Shown: positions 1 to 8,647, counted from the first letter of the stretch. The stretch is DNA of 64,000 nt from Patescibacteria group bacterium (GCA_048499955.1 JASNYX010000004.1:3249-67248); one strand, 5' to 3'. The notes: generated by a model not told the origin, from the sequence alone. Program-made: numbers and translations.

Positions 1-551
1 CTGGAGGGCTGAATCAGGCTTGGATTGCTAACGCTTTTGATCCGGCTAGTCTGTCTCTCGATGAGATCGCTTTTATCACCCTTATATTCATGATTCTGTT
101 TGTAATCCTGGCTGTAGTGTTGCTACTTTTTTATATTACCCGCCTTATCACCATCGCTCTTGGTGCTGTGTTATCTCCGTTTATCTTTCTTCTTTGGGCA
201 TTACCAAAATTTGCGGACTTTGCTGAGATTTCCGCCAAAACCTATCTGACTACGATTTTCTCTATCTTGGTACATGTAGTGGTTATTCAGTTGGCAGCCG
301 CTTTCCTAGCATTGCCCGATCAAGTGGGCACCAATTCTTTGATCTCTATTTTGGTAGGCGTTGGACTGCTTCTGACACTACTGAAAACCCAGTCATTTAT
401 GGTTCAGCTCATGTTCTATAACTCTGGCCGGACGCTGGTCAAGAAAATGGGTGGACAAATTATGAATGTGTTCAGCAGTAAACAAAGCGAGGCTGCTCCG
501 GCTTCCAAACCCAGGACGGTTAAGATTCCCAGAAAGGTGGTGGCAGCATGA
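1..551 (+). CDS. VirB6/TrbL-like polytopic T4SS membrane protein (5' truncated by window edge)
   Basis: Frame open from base 3 (GGLNQAWIANAFD...); multiple TM helices with YITRLITIALGAVLSPFIFLLWALP motif; directly upstream of PrgI/VirB4. Confidence 0.7.
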   Translation, partial: GGLNQAWIANAFDPASLSLDEIAFITLIFMILFVILAVVLLLFYITRLITIALGAVLSPFIFLLWALPKFADFAEISAKTYLTTIFSILVHVVVIQLAAAFLALPDQVGTNSLISILVGVGLLLTLLKTQSFMVQLMFYNSGRTLVKKMGGQIMNVFSSKQSEAAPASKPRTVKIPRKVVAA

Positions 552-1030
552 GAAGTACTGTGATTCCGGCACAAGTGACAACGGTTGAGGATACTATTGC
601 TGGCAATTTGACTCTAACGCAGATAATTCTGTTGATTATGCCGGTGCTGTTATCAACCGCTGTTTATGCTGTTATGCCGGAACGACTGGTTTTATCCACC
701 TATAAAATTCCCTTGATCGTTATCTTATTTGCCGTATTTGTTGTGCTGGCCTTGCGTATAAAAGGCAGAATTGTCCTGAGCTGGCTTTCGGTTATGGCTA
801 TCTATTATTTCCGTCCACATATCTTTGTATTCAACAAAAACACCATTTACGCAAGGAATATCTTATTGCCACCAGTGAGAAAACCTACGACTGCAAAAGC
901 CAAAGTGACGATTAAGGTTCAAGATGAAGAGAGAAACGACTCATTTGATTACGAATCATTGCTTAGAAACCCCAGTATAAACATCCGCTTTACCAGAAAA
1001 GGATTACTTGTCGTCAAAAACTATGATTAA
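548..1030 (+). CDS. prgI: PrgI-family (VirB3-like) membrane protein
   Basis: IPAQVTTVEDTIAGNLTLTQI N-terminus followed by 2 TM helices; ATGA overlap with the previous gene. Confidence 0.75.
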   Translation: MRSTVIPAQVTTVEDTIAGNLTLTQIILLIMPVLLSTAVYAVMPERLVLSTYKIPLIVILFAVFVVLALRIKGRIVLSWLSVMAIYYFRPHIFVFNKNTIYARNILLPPVRKPTTAKAKVTIKVQDEERNDSFDYESLLRNPSINIRFTRKGLLVVKNYD

Positions 1031-1628
1031 CAAAGCTTCATCCCGCCACCAGATTAATATCAAAGAAGTTAAAGATGGAGTACTCATTTTGCCGGGCAAC
1101 AAATACCGGATGATCCTGGAAACTTCCGCCGTCAACTTTGAACTAAAAAGTGAAGATGAACAGGATCAGATTATCGATACCTTCCAAAACTTCTTAAATG
1201 CACTGCCATGCTCGGTGCAGATTTTAATCAGAACCCGTGAGATTGATATCGACGGTTACTTGGCTGATTTTATGTATCACAACAATCACGAGACCAACAA
1301 AATCTATAAGGAACAGTTGAAGGAATACGGGCAGTTTATCAAAAAATTAGTCTCCGGCAACAAAATTTTGACCAGAAAGTTTTATATTGTTATTTCTGAC
1401 TCCAGTGAATCGAGCAAAGTTGATTTTTCTATCATCAAAGAGCAACTCAAGTTGAACCAAGACATTATTATCAAAGGCTTAGAGCGTCTGGGGATGAAAA
1501 CTAGAAAACTTGGCAATCTTGAGATTCTGGACTTGTTTTACAGTTTCTACAATCCATCAAAACTAAAGACTCAACCCTTAACACACAAAACTTTTGAAGC
1601 AATCAACAACCATGCAGATATTCTCTAG
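1023..1628 (+). CDS. VirB4-associated protein (resembles the TraE/VirB4 N-terminal region)
   Basis: ILETSAVNFELKSEDEQ...FQNFLNAL...QILIRTR and RKFYIVI motifs, typical of the gene between prgI and virB4. Confidence 0.65.
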   Translation: MINKASSRHQINIKEVKDGVLILPGNKYRMILETSAVNFELKSEDEQDQIIDTFQNFLNALPCSVQILIRTREIDIDGYLADFMYHNNHETNKIYKEQLKEYGQFIKKLVSGNKILTRKFYIVISDSSESSKVDFSIIKEQLKLNQDIIIKGLERLGMKTRKLGNLEILDLFYSFYNPSKLKTQPLTHKTFEAINNHADIL

Positions 1629-3408
1629 TCCATACAAAACCATCACTAAAAAATACAAAACCTGGAACAAGAAACGCCGGGATCAAAAGAAACGGATTGA
1701 ACTGGCGTTTGGAGATCAGGATCAAGTCGATCTTATTTCTTACTCCAGCCTCCGCGAAAACTCAGGTTACATTGAGCTGGAAGAGAAGTTTATTCGTACC
1801 ATCTTTGTGTCAGGTTATCCATACATCGCTTCCACCGGCTGGCTCTCGATGCTGACTAATTTCAACCACAATGTTGATATTTCTTACCACATCGAGCAGG
1901 TTGATCCTCTGATGGCTCTGCCTAAACTAACCAGAAAAATCACAGAACTGGAATCAACCAGGCGTACGATGCAGCAGCAAGGGAGAATTATTGGCTCAGA
2001 AATTCTAGATCCGCTTGAGTCTGCCATGAACCTGAAGGACCGGATACTCCGAGGCCAGGAAAAACTATTTCAGGTATCAATTTACGTGACCTTAATTGCG
2101 GATTCATTAAATGAGTTAAATAAAATCACGACACTCCTTGATACCACTCTAGCGACCAAACTTTTCTACACCAAAGTGGCCGGTTTCCAGCAGTTGGAAG
2201 GATTGCAGTCAATTCTCCCTAGAGGTGAAAATCTCCTGGCTCAGAAAAGAAATCTTGACAGTTCTTCCGCCGCCTTAACGTTTCCCTTTACATCCTCTGA
2301 ACTGGTTCAAGAATCAGGAATCCTTTACGGGATCAATAAATCCAACAATTCTCTGGTTATTGTTGACCGATTTTCTTTACACAACGCCAACAGTATTACC
2401 TTTGCACAATCGGGCAGCGGTAAAAGCTATGCAGCCAAGGTGGAGATCTTAAGACAACTAATTCAAAAAACCAAAGTGATTGTGATCGATCCCGAACGGG
2501 AGTATCAGCAGCTTTGCAATAGTCTGGGTGGCACATATATTAAGCTCTCGGCAAGATCCCAGGAGAAAATTAACCCCTTTGACTTCTCACTTAGCAGTAG
2601 TACAGATAGCAACAGTCTGGCCGAGCATATCCAAGATTTAACTGAAGTAATTTCACTGATGGTGGAGGGACTATCTCCTCAGGAAAAAGCGGCACTAGAT
2701 AAAGCGATTATCAAAACCTACAGAGAGTTTGGCTACACTCTCCATGGCAATCACAAACGGGCAAAAGGGTCATATCCGCTTCTTAAAGACTTAAACAAAG
2801 TCCTCAAAGCCGACAAACAAAATACTTTAGCAACACGACTGGAAAAATTCGTCAAAGGATCGCTTTCCAGTGTGTTTGACTCCCAGACCAATATTGAATT
2901 GGATAACCGGCTAATAGTATTTGATATCAAAGATCTGCCGGAGTCGATCAGGCAGATCATGCTGATTATTGTGGCCAACTATGTCTATAACCAGGTCAAG
3001 AAAGAGCCACAGAAACGCCTCCTCGTAATTGATGAAGGCTGGTTGCTACTTGAACATGAAGAAAGTGCCAGGTTTGTCGCCGGGCTTACCAGAAGAGCCA
3101 GAAAATATTATTTAGGGGTCAGCATAATTTCCCAGCAAGCCAACGACTTTCTGAACAATCAGTATGGCCGGGCAATCGCCTCACAGGCTTCGCTTCGAAT
3201 CTTAATGCGGCAGGACACGACAACGATCAAGGATGTGGCTCGAGAATTCAAGCTTAGTGAATATGAGGAAAAGTTTTTGCTTACCAGTGAGCGCGGTGAG
3301 GCAATTATTATTGCCGATCAAAATCATGTGGCGATAAAGATCGTTGCTTCGGAAAAAGAACATCCTCTGATCACCACTGACCCCAAGGAACTATATCAAC
3401 CGTCATGA
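1612..3408 (+). CDS. virB4: VirB4-like conjugative transfer ATPase
   Basis: Walker A AQSGSGKS, VIDPEREY, INPFD, Walker B LLVIDEGW, RRARKYYLG...SQQ. Confidence 0.9.
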   Translation: MQIFSSPYKTITKKYKTWNKKRRDQKKRIELAFGDQDQVDLISYSSLRENSGYIELEEKFIRTIFVSGYPYIASTGWLSMLTNFNHNVDISYHIEQVDPLMALPKLTRKITELESTRRTMQQQGRIIGSEILDPLESAMNLKDRILRGQEKLFQVSIYVTLIADSLNELNKITTLLDTTLATKLFYTKVAGFQQLEGLQSILPRGENLLAQKRNLDSSSAALTFPFTSSELVQESGILYGINKSNNSLVIVDRFSLHNANSITFAQSGSGKSYAAKVEILRQLIQKTKVIVIDPEREYQQLCNSLGGTYIKLSARSQEKINPFDFSLSSSTDSNSLAEHIQDLTEVISLMVEGLSPQEKAALDKAIIKTYREFGYTLHGNHKRAKGSYPLLKDLNKVLKADKQNTLATRLEKFVKGSLSSVFDSQTNIELDNRLIVFDIKDLPESIRQIMLIIVANYVYNQVKKEPQKRLLVIDEGWLLLEHEESARFVAGLTRRARKYYLGVSIISQQANDFLNNQYGRAIASQASLRILMRQDTTTIKDVAREFKLSEYEEKFLLTSERGEAIIIADQNHVAIKIVASEKEHPLITTDPKELYQPS

Positions 3409-4010
3409 ACTTATTTCTTGCCTGGAATATCTTCTCGTACCGCCGGGAGCTGGCGTATGTAGCTACCGCTTTTTTACTCGTTATTCTGCTTCCGATAATC
3501 GCAGTGAGCGTGCTGACACAGACCGGTATCAATGTTGTCTCTGACACACTGGCAGAGATTAACGAAGTTACCCAAGTAGTAGAGCTGAAAAATCCCTTGG
3601 ATGGTTCGATTTACAAGACCATAGAAGGCCCGTTTGCCTGGCCAACTACGGGAGTAATCACGCTTGAGTTCTCCAAATCAAGCCTTTACCAACTTTTCCA
3701 TACTGGACTTGATATCGCTGGCATGCGGGGTGACCCGATCACTCCTTTTATGGGCGGCAAAGTGATTTATGCAGGCGAAATATCATGGGGCTATGGCAAA
3801 CACGTCGTGATTGATCACGGAGATAACGTAACTTCCATATATGCCCACCTGGACAAAATATATGTTGCTCCGGATCAGGAAGTAGAGCCGAGAAAAGTAA
3901 TCGGGACCGAAGGCAGCACCGGCTGGGCCACCGGCCCACACCTACATTTTGAGACGAGAGTGTTTGGAATACCAGTAAACCCGAGAGTGTTTTTAGGGCA
4001 AGAATTGTGA
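3405..4010 (+). CDS. M23 family peptidoglycan endopeptidase with N-terminal TM anchor
   Basis: HTGLDIA, YAHL and GWATGPHLHFE zinc motifs; ATGA overlap with virB4. Confidence 0.9.
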   Translation: MNLFLAWNIFSYRRELAYVATAFLLVILLPIIAVSVLTQTGINVVSDTLAEINEVTQVVELKNPLDGSIYKTIEGPFAWPTTGVITLEFSKSSLYQLFHTGLDIAGMRGDPITPFMGGKVIYAGEISWGYGKHVVIDHGDNVTSIYAHLDKIYVAPDQEVEPRKVIGTEGSTGWATGPHLHFETRVFGIPVNPRVFLGQEL

Positions 4011-4040
4011 AGTTAGCAGAAGCGAGACAATTGTGTTTAT

Positions 4041-4802
4041 CTAATATTTAGAATGATTAATCAGTGCCGCATCTTTAAGGTATATTGGAGTAATCAATTT
4101 GTCTTCACTTGCTTTTAAAAGAGCAATACTGATATCTTTTGTGCCGCCCGTGTAGTCTGAAATAATTTCATAAGGTTGATAATCTGCTGCTAATTTTGCA
4201 AAAAGGCTTTCTAGTTGACTCTTAATTTCTAGTACCGATTTATCGGTGATTGTTATATTAAAGACCTCAACATGTCGGTCGCTCTTTTCTATTTCAGTCT
4301 TAAAGGTCTCAGCAATTTGCTTTACTTGTGTGGCTTCGGTAACAATTAAAACTACTTTCTCAAGAGAATTGATTGCTGAGTGTCCACCATCGTTGTAGAT
4401 TAACGATTTATAAACGTTATAAGAAGGAATATCTTTAAAATCAGACCGACTATTTGAAACAACCGTTACTAACACCTTCTTTTGATTCAATGGTGTTGGT
4501 GTAAATAAATCTTTATGGATTGATCTTATTCTTATATACACCCAAAGAGGAATACTCGTAAAAAGCAAAACCAATAGAAATAATTGTGTAGCTACTTGCA
4601 TTTCTAAAATTGCTGAAGTGACCAGATATTTAAATAGCTCAAAAAGCGCATTTGTAAGCAATCCGAACGATAAGATAAACAATAGGCTTAGCCACGGGTG
4701 ATTCGTGGAGATGCTGAGAATATTGCGGAGTAAAATACCTTTTTTGGTAAATTCCCGTTGCTGGTTTTCAATAAGATCAAAATTTTCTTTAAATTTGCTC
4801 AT
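4041..4802 (-). CDS. CBASS effector: two TM helices + C-terminal CARF domain (Cam1-like)
   Basis: Two hydrophobic helices, then KVLVTVVS, LEKVVLIVT and the CARF signature IISDYTGGTKDISIAL. Last gene of the CD-NTase operon; start overlaps the TRIP13 stop. Confidence 0.8.
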   Translation of the reverse strand: MSKFKENFDLIENQQREFTKKGILLRNILSISTNHPWLSLLFILSFGLLTNALFELFKYLVTSAILEMQVATQLFLLVLLFTSIPLWVYIRIRSIHKDLFTPTPLNQKKVLVTVVSNSRSDFKDIPSYNVYKSLIYNDGGHSAINSLEKVVLIVTEATQVKQIAETFKTEIEKSDRHVEVFNITITDKSVLEIKSQLESLFAKLAADYQPYEIISDYTGGTKDISIALLKASEDKLITPIYLKDAALINHSKY

Positions 4803-5697
4803 AAAATGGCGTTGTTGGTGATATATCAGCAATTACCTTGGTTACCGATTCAAAATCTATCTTTTTATCTGGATAGCCAGTAAGAACTATCGCCGGGAAC
4901 ACTTTTTGTGTGAGATCTGAATACGTATATCCATAAGTTAAACCATCATAAGGCACACACATAGCTACTAGTTGATTTATCTGGTCTTCTGTCAACTGCA
5001 AATCATCTAAATATGTTTTAAGTAGGGTGTAACATTGATCTCGTGACGGACGATCAAATTCAAAGGTGACAGCACTTCGCCGTCGAACCGCTGGATCAAT
5101 TGCCGAATGTCTATTCGTGGACATTACGATCATTACCGGTGTTGGTAGGTCCTTCAAAGAGTCAATACCGCGAATGAGTGCATTTACGCCGGCTTTATCT
5201 TCATGGTGCATCTGTGTCACTTCTCTTGATTGTGCCAGAGCATCCGCCTCATCAATAAGTAGAATCAGTGCAGTATTAGTTTTTGCCTGAGAATGAGCCT
5301 CTTTCCGTACAAACTCAAATGAGTCGCTAATTAATTTAGTCATTTCTCCCACAATTCCAGATCCTCTTGCGTTGAGGCTTAACTTATAAAGAACTATCTT
5401 AACTTCTTCAGACCTAGCGATTTGATCTCCAAATGTTTCGGCAAGAGCCGTTTTGCCTGTTCCAACATCTCCAGAAAAAATAAATAAAGGTGGCCTATTT
5501 TTAAAAAGCTTAATAATTGGAATTTCCCTTTTGTAAAATTTTTTTGTCCACTCATCTAAGCCGGATGGGTTGAGTATGATTGATGCCTCTTTAGCTAATC
5601 TATCCTTTATATGGTCTATCCCAACAAGCGACAAATACCTCTCCTGTGCGACGGGATCAGGAAATGCAGTAATATTTTCAAAAGTCTCGCTATTCAT
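4789..5697 (-). CDS. cap6: CBASS TRIP13/Pch2-like AAA+ ATPase (Cap6)
   Basis: Walker A GDVGTGKT, RGSGIVGEMTKLIS, Walker B LLIDEAD, AQSRE..QMHHEDKAGVNALIRGID characteristic of bacterial Trip13. Confidence 0.93.
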   Translation of the reverse strand: MNSETFENITAFPDPVAQERYLSLVGIDHIKDRLAKEASIILNPSGLDEWTKKFYKREIPIIKLFKNRPPLFIFSGDVGTGKTALAETFGDQIARSEEVKIVLYKLSLNARGSGIVGEMTKLISDSFEFVRKEAHSQAKTNTALILLIDEADALAQSREVTQMHHEDKAGVNALIRGIDSLKDLPTPVMIVMSTNRHSAIDPAVRRRSAVTFEFDRPSRDQCYTLLKTYLDDLQLTEDQINQLVAMCVPYDGLTYGYTYSDLTQKVFPAIVLTGYPDKKIDFESVTKVIADISPTTPFYEQI

Positions 5698-5698
5698 A

Positions 5699-6217
5699 TC
5701 AGTAACTCCTAAATTGTTGACGGCTCAGTCCGACTCCGTTACGAGAATAAGAATCGTCTGTTGCCCACGTCCCATTTGCCGATCCTGGTTCTGTACCGTT
5801 TGATCGCTTTATTGGTAATAGCTCTTCTACTTGACCTAAATCCTCTCCGCTTAAGCTAGGATTGTGGCGTCTTGTCAAAAAGGAATGCCAAGATGCTCCG
5901 TTAAGGTTTGTAGGAAGATCAATAATGCTAGGCTCATCGTTTGCTGATTCAACTTGCCCAAGGTTATTTACTGAATACCCGATGGCATAAATCCAGTTCC
6001 CGTTCCTCTGATAACCATACTTAACACTTTCCAGTAGACCAAACCTCAATAATATCGCTGCCTCCAGGGCTAAATCCTGAACCTTCTGTGGGGTAAGTTG
6101 GCCGCAATAAACGCGTAATAGGGTTAAGCCATGAGCAATGCGTGAGGCAAGATATTTTGCGTCAGCAATCGTAAATGTTTCCGATAAGCTTCTTGTTTGG
6201 GTATTGCTGTATGTCAT
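5699..6217 (-). CDS. cap7: CBASS HORMA-domain protein (Cap7)
   Basis: TFTIADAKYLASRIA..., VKYGYQRNGNW, GASWHSF, DDSYSRNGVGLSRQ resemble E. coli Cap7. ATG at 6217 has an AGAGGA RBS. Confidence 0.88.
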   Translation of the reverse strand: MTYSNTQTRSLSETFTIADAKYLASRIAHGLTLLRVYCGQLTPQKVQDLALEAAILLRFGLLESVKYGYQRNGNWIYAIGYSVNNLGQVESANDEPSIIDLPTNLNGASWHSFLTRRHNPSLSGEDLGQVEELLPIKRSNGTEPGSANGTWATDDSYSRNGVGLSRQQFRSY

Positions 6218-6221
6218 GCGT

Positions 6222-7235
6222 TTATCCTCTAAAAGTTGACCCCAAAACGGTCCTCCAATTTTCAACTGCTTCTTGTTTTGTTGTGGCATTCATGGCTATA
6301 GCGATCGCATTTAACGCCTTTTTAGCTTCATCAACTATTCTTTGTCGTTGATCCTCCGTATAAGTGCTTGCTATATTATTTTTGGGGTTAACCGGATCAT
6401 ATATCCGAATAATTGCGTTATCTGATTGATCAATTTTGTCTCTACTGTAGTAATCAGCAAAGAATATCGGCTCTTTGAGGCCAGTTCGTACGATATATGA
6501 AAAGAAATTACTTATCGCCTCGGTATAGTTACTAGTGTCCAGACCACTGTCAGCCAAGTGAGAACAGATAAGCTCAATCATCAGCGATTTAAACCTGAAA
6601 TGATCTCCGCGGGTTTTATATTGTTCCTTTATTAGCTTAGCCCAGTATTTTGTGAATCGAACGAATTGTATGTAATGGTCGGGCTGAGTATTTTTTCTTT
6701 TCTGGATAAACTCAAGATGCTGTGAAATACTTGTCAACACTCGCTCGCCATTGCTAGTAACTAAATAACCTTTGTTGTCTGGATCTCCTTCATAAAGGAC
6801 AGGTACAACATCTACATCCATAAGGCCGGGGGTTTTATAGTGAACAGTTACGCAATGATCGTGGGGTTCCAACTGGTTTTCATCAAAATCCGAATAAACC
6901 TCTTTAAGTCGATCTCGTAACCATGCAATAAGGCCACTGTTGTCTGAATCTGGTACAGCAGCAGCTTTAATGTAAATGGCAGTATCAAGATCGTTTAGCT
7001 GACGCAATGCTGAACCTTTTGCAAGACTCCCAGAGTGAAGCATCTTTACTAAATTGTAATCAGGGTGCTCATCAATGTATTTTTTTAACCTATCACGAAG
7101 ACTCTTGACTTGCTCACGATATTTTTTTGCAAGATCTGGGGGGAGGTTGACATGAGTTGTGGCGTAAGCCAATAGCTCTGCGTTAGTAATTGGTTGATCA
7201 ACCGTAAAATCATCAAGGCTATAATTCGTATTCAC
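6222..7235 (-). CDS. cdnC: CD-NTase (cGAS/DncV-like cyclic oligonucleotide synthase), CdnC-like
   Basis: SGSLAKGSALRQLNDLD and DVDVVPV catalytic motifs, FRFKSLMIELI, IYDPVNPKNNIA, C-terminal WRTVLGSTFRG; colinear with E. coli CdnC as recalled. Confidence 0.92.
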   Translation of the reverse strand: MNTNYSLDDFTVDQPITNAELLAYATTHVNLPPDLAKKYREQVKSLRDRLKKYIDEHPDYNLVKMLHSGSLAKGSALRQLNDLDTAIYIKAAAVPDSDNSGLIAWLRDRLKEVYSDFDENQLEPHDHCVTVHYKTPGLMDVDVVPVLYEGDPDNKGYLVTSNGERVLTSISQHLEFIQKRKNTQPDHYIQFVRFTKYWAKLIKEQYKTRGDHFRFKSLMIELICSHLADSGLDTSNYTEAISNFFSYIVRTGLKEPIFFADYYSRDKIDQSDNAIIRIYDPVNPKNNIASTYTEDQRQRIVDEAKKALNAIAIAMNATTKQEAVENWRTVLGSTFRG

Positions 7236-7240
7236 ATCAT

Positions 7241-7475
7241 TTAGTGTCTTCTATCTTTGGGAGGGTTAGGGTCATTTGCCGGGGGCACAGTATCACTGTC
7301 TCGAATAGGACCGTTGATGCTGTGGACTCTCCTTCACCACCTGAATTAGATGAAAGTCTTTTGCCTTGGATTCTGCTGCACTTTGAGTAGGAAAATAGCC
7401 AGAGGCACGAGATGCGCCTTCTCGTTTTATCCGGTATCCTTCCTTCCTATTTCCTGAAACATGGTAGTTTGCCAT
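7241..7475 (-). pseudogene. DUF2188-family small protein, frameshifted
   Basis: N-terminus YHV...REGASRAS..FPTQSAAE. The conserved tail RVHSINGPIRDSDTVPPANDPNPPKDRRH* lies in another frame and ends at 7241, 5 nt before the CD-NTase start. Confidence 0.7.
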
Positions 7476-7503
7476 AATATATTTCCAAGTAATAAACTGT
7501 CAT

Positions 7504-7540
7504 TTGACATTATGGTAACATTACCATAAAATTTATGGTA
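7504..7540 (+). promoter_or_regulatory. Sigma70 promoter of the lexA-like gene with overlapping palindromic operator
   Basis: TTGACA (7504-7509), 17 nt, TAAAAT (7527-7532). Inverted repeats TTATGGTAA-ca-TTACCATAA (7510-7529) and TACCATAAA-a-TTTATGGTA (7522-7540). Confidence 0.8.
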
Positions 7541-7550
7541 TAGCAATACT

Positions 7551-8153
7551 ATGCTTCCCCAAAAACAAAAAGAAATTCTAGACTTCATCTTAAACTATCA
7601 ACGCACTCACGGACATGGCCCTACGCTCGATGAGATCGCCTCAGGTTTTGGAAGGTCAATCGCCACCATACACCAACATGTTCGCGCATTGAGAGCAAAG
7701 GGCTTTCTTAAGGCCGCTGGTTCCTCAGCCCGCAGTATAGGTGTTTTTGACGCCAGTGAAGAAGTTGAAGAAATCCCATTAATGGGCTACGTATCTGCGG
7801 GAGGTGGACTGGAGAACATAGAAAATCCAGAGCCAATTAAGGTACAAAAAAGTCTTTTATCGCATTCCGGCAATCATTTTGCCTTAGTGGTAAAGGGTAC
7901 ATCCATGATTGATGATGGAATCCTGCCAGACGATATTATTATTGTGAGACACCAGAATCATGCAGACAATGGTGATGTAGTTGTAGCCTTGATAGGTTCG
8001 GAAGAAAATTCTCTAGCAACGGTAAAAAGGTTTTATAATTTAGGCAAAAAAATAGAATTGAGACCCAAAAATCCGACACTACCATCACGGGTCTACGATC
8101 AGGGTGCAGTAGAGATTCGTGGGAAGTTTGTGGGTCTACTGCGACACGGATGA
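7551..8153 (+). CDS. lexA: LexA-like repressor (wHTH + S24 autopeptidase)
   Basis: PTLDEIA...TIHQHVRAL..KGFL HTH; Ala-Gly cleavage site GYVSAGG; catalytic Ser in KGTSMIDDGI and Lys in ATVKRF. Confidence 0.9.
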   Translation: MLPQKQKEILDFILNYQRTHGHGPTLDEIASGFGRSIATIHQHVRALRAKGFLKAAGSSARSIGVFDASEEVEEIPLMGYVSAGGGLENIENPEPIKVQKSLLSHSGNHFALVVKGTSMIDDGILPDDIIIVRHQNHADNGDVVVALIGSEENSLATVKRFYNLGKKIELRPKNPTLPSRVYDQGAVEIRGKFVGLLRHG

Positions 8154-8171
8154 AGGCATTTAGAACCTGAT

Positions 8172-8197
8172 TTTGGTACAATTGGAACTGTACCAAA
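8172..8197. promoter_or_regulatory. Inverted repeat (operator or hairpin) abutting the XRE gene start
   Basis: TTTGGTACA-attggaac-TGTACCAAA, ending 1 nt before ATG 8199; overlaps TGG-TACAAT extended -10. Confidence 0.6.
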
Positions 8198-8198
8198 T

Positions 8199-8408
8199 AT
8201 GAGTCCGAAAAGTAATAACCCCAAGAATAAACTAAGAGTAAATCGTCTCAAAGCCAAACTCACACAAAAAGAGCTGGCTGAAAAGCTTGGTGTACACGTA
8301 AATTATTATGCTCGGATTGAGCGTGGAGAAGAAAATCCTTCTTTGGAGACGTTGAAAAAACTAACCAAGATACTCAAGATCAAATCTTCGGATATCCTAT
8401 CCTTCTGA
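8199..8408 (+). CDS. XRE-family HTH regulator (controller-protein-like)
   Basis: RLKAKLTQKELAEKLGVHVNYYARIERGEENPSLETLKKL. Confidence 0.88.
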   Translation: MSPKSNNPKNKLRVNRLKAKLTQKELAEKLGVHVNYYARIERGEENPSLETLKKLTKILKIKSSDILSF

Positions 8409-8627
8409 TTGATTCTCTTTTTCTTTCTGCTTCTTTAAATCTTCGAAAATCTCCAACAGTAGATCGGGGTTGGTATGACCGAGTTCGTGAACTGTGGCTT
8501 GTAAATGCTCCAAGATGGCAATGGCCATCTCTGGGGTGGCATTGTCCGGATCAGTTTTTTTGAGAATATTGAGGACAGTATCAATGTCTTTCTCGTTGAT
8601 TTCGTAGTCTTGAGAACTCTTGTTCAT
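8397..8627 (-). CDS. Small acidic hypothetical protein
   Basis: ORF downstream of the PLD gene; start placed at MNKSSQDY (alternative 8651). Confidence 0.55.
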   Translation of the reverse strand: MNKSSQDYEINEKDIDTVLNILKKTDPDNATPEMAIAILEHLQATVHELGHTNPDLLLEIFEDLKKQKEKENQSEG

Positions 8628-8647
8628 ACCAGGCAAGTATATCACGC

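Noticed and set aside
5066-5803. Plus-strand ORFs inside the CBASS operon and similar shadow ORFs elsewhere (e.g. 37648-38136, 15515-16079, 41568-41924)
   Set aside because: Antisense to well-supported genes, with no motifs or RBS.
6218-6289. 24-aa N-terminal extension of HORMA in the ORF track
   Set aside because: Overlaps the CD-NTase 3' end; ATG 6217 has an SD and matches the family start.
7551-8153. The host's global SOS LexA
   Set aside because: It lies inside the mobile element, and I saw its palindrome nowhere else in the window. Not fully excluded without a genome-wide scan.
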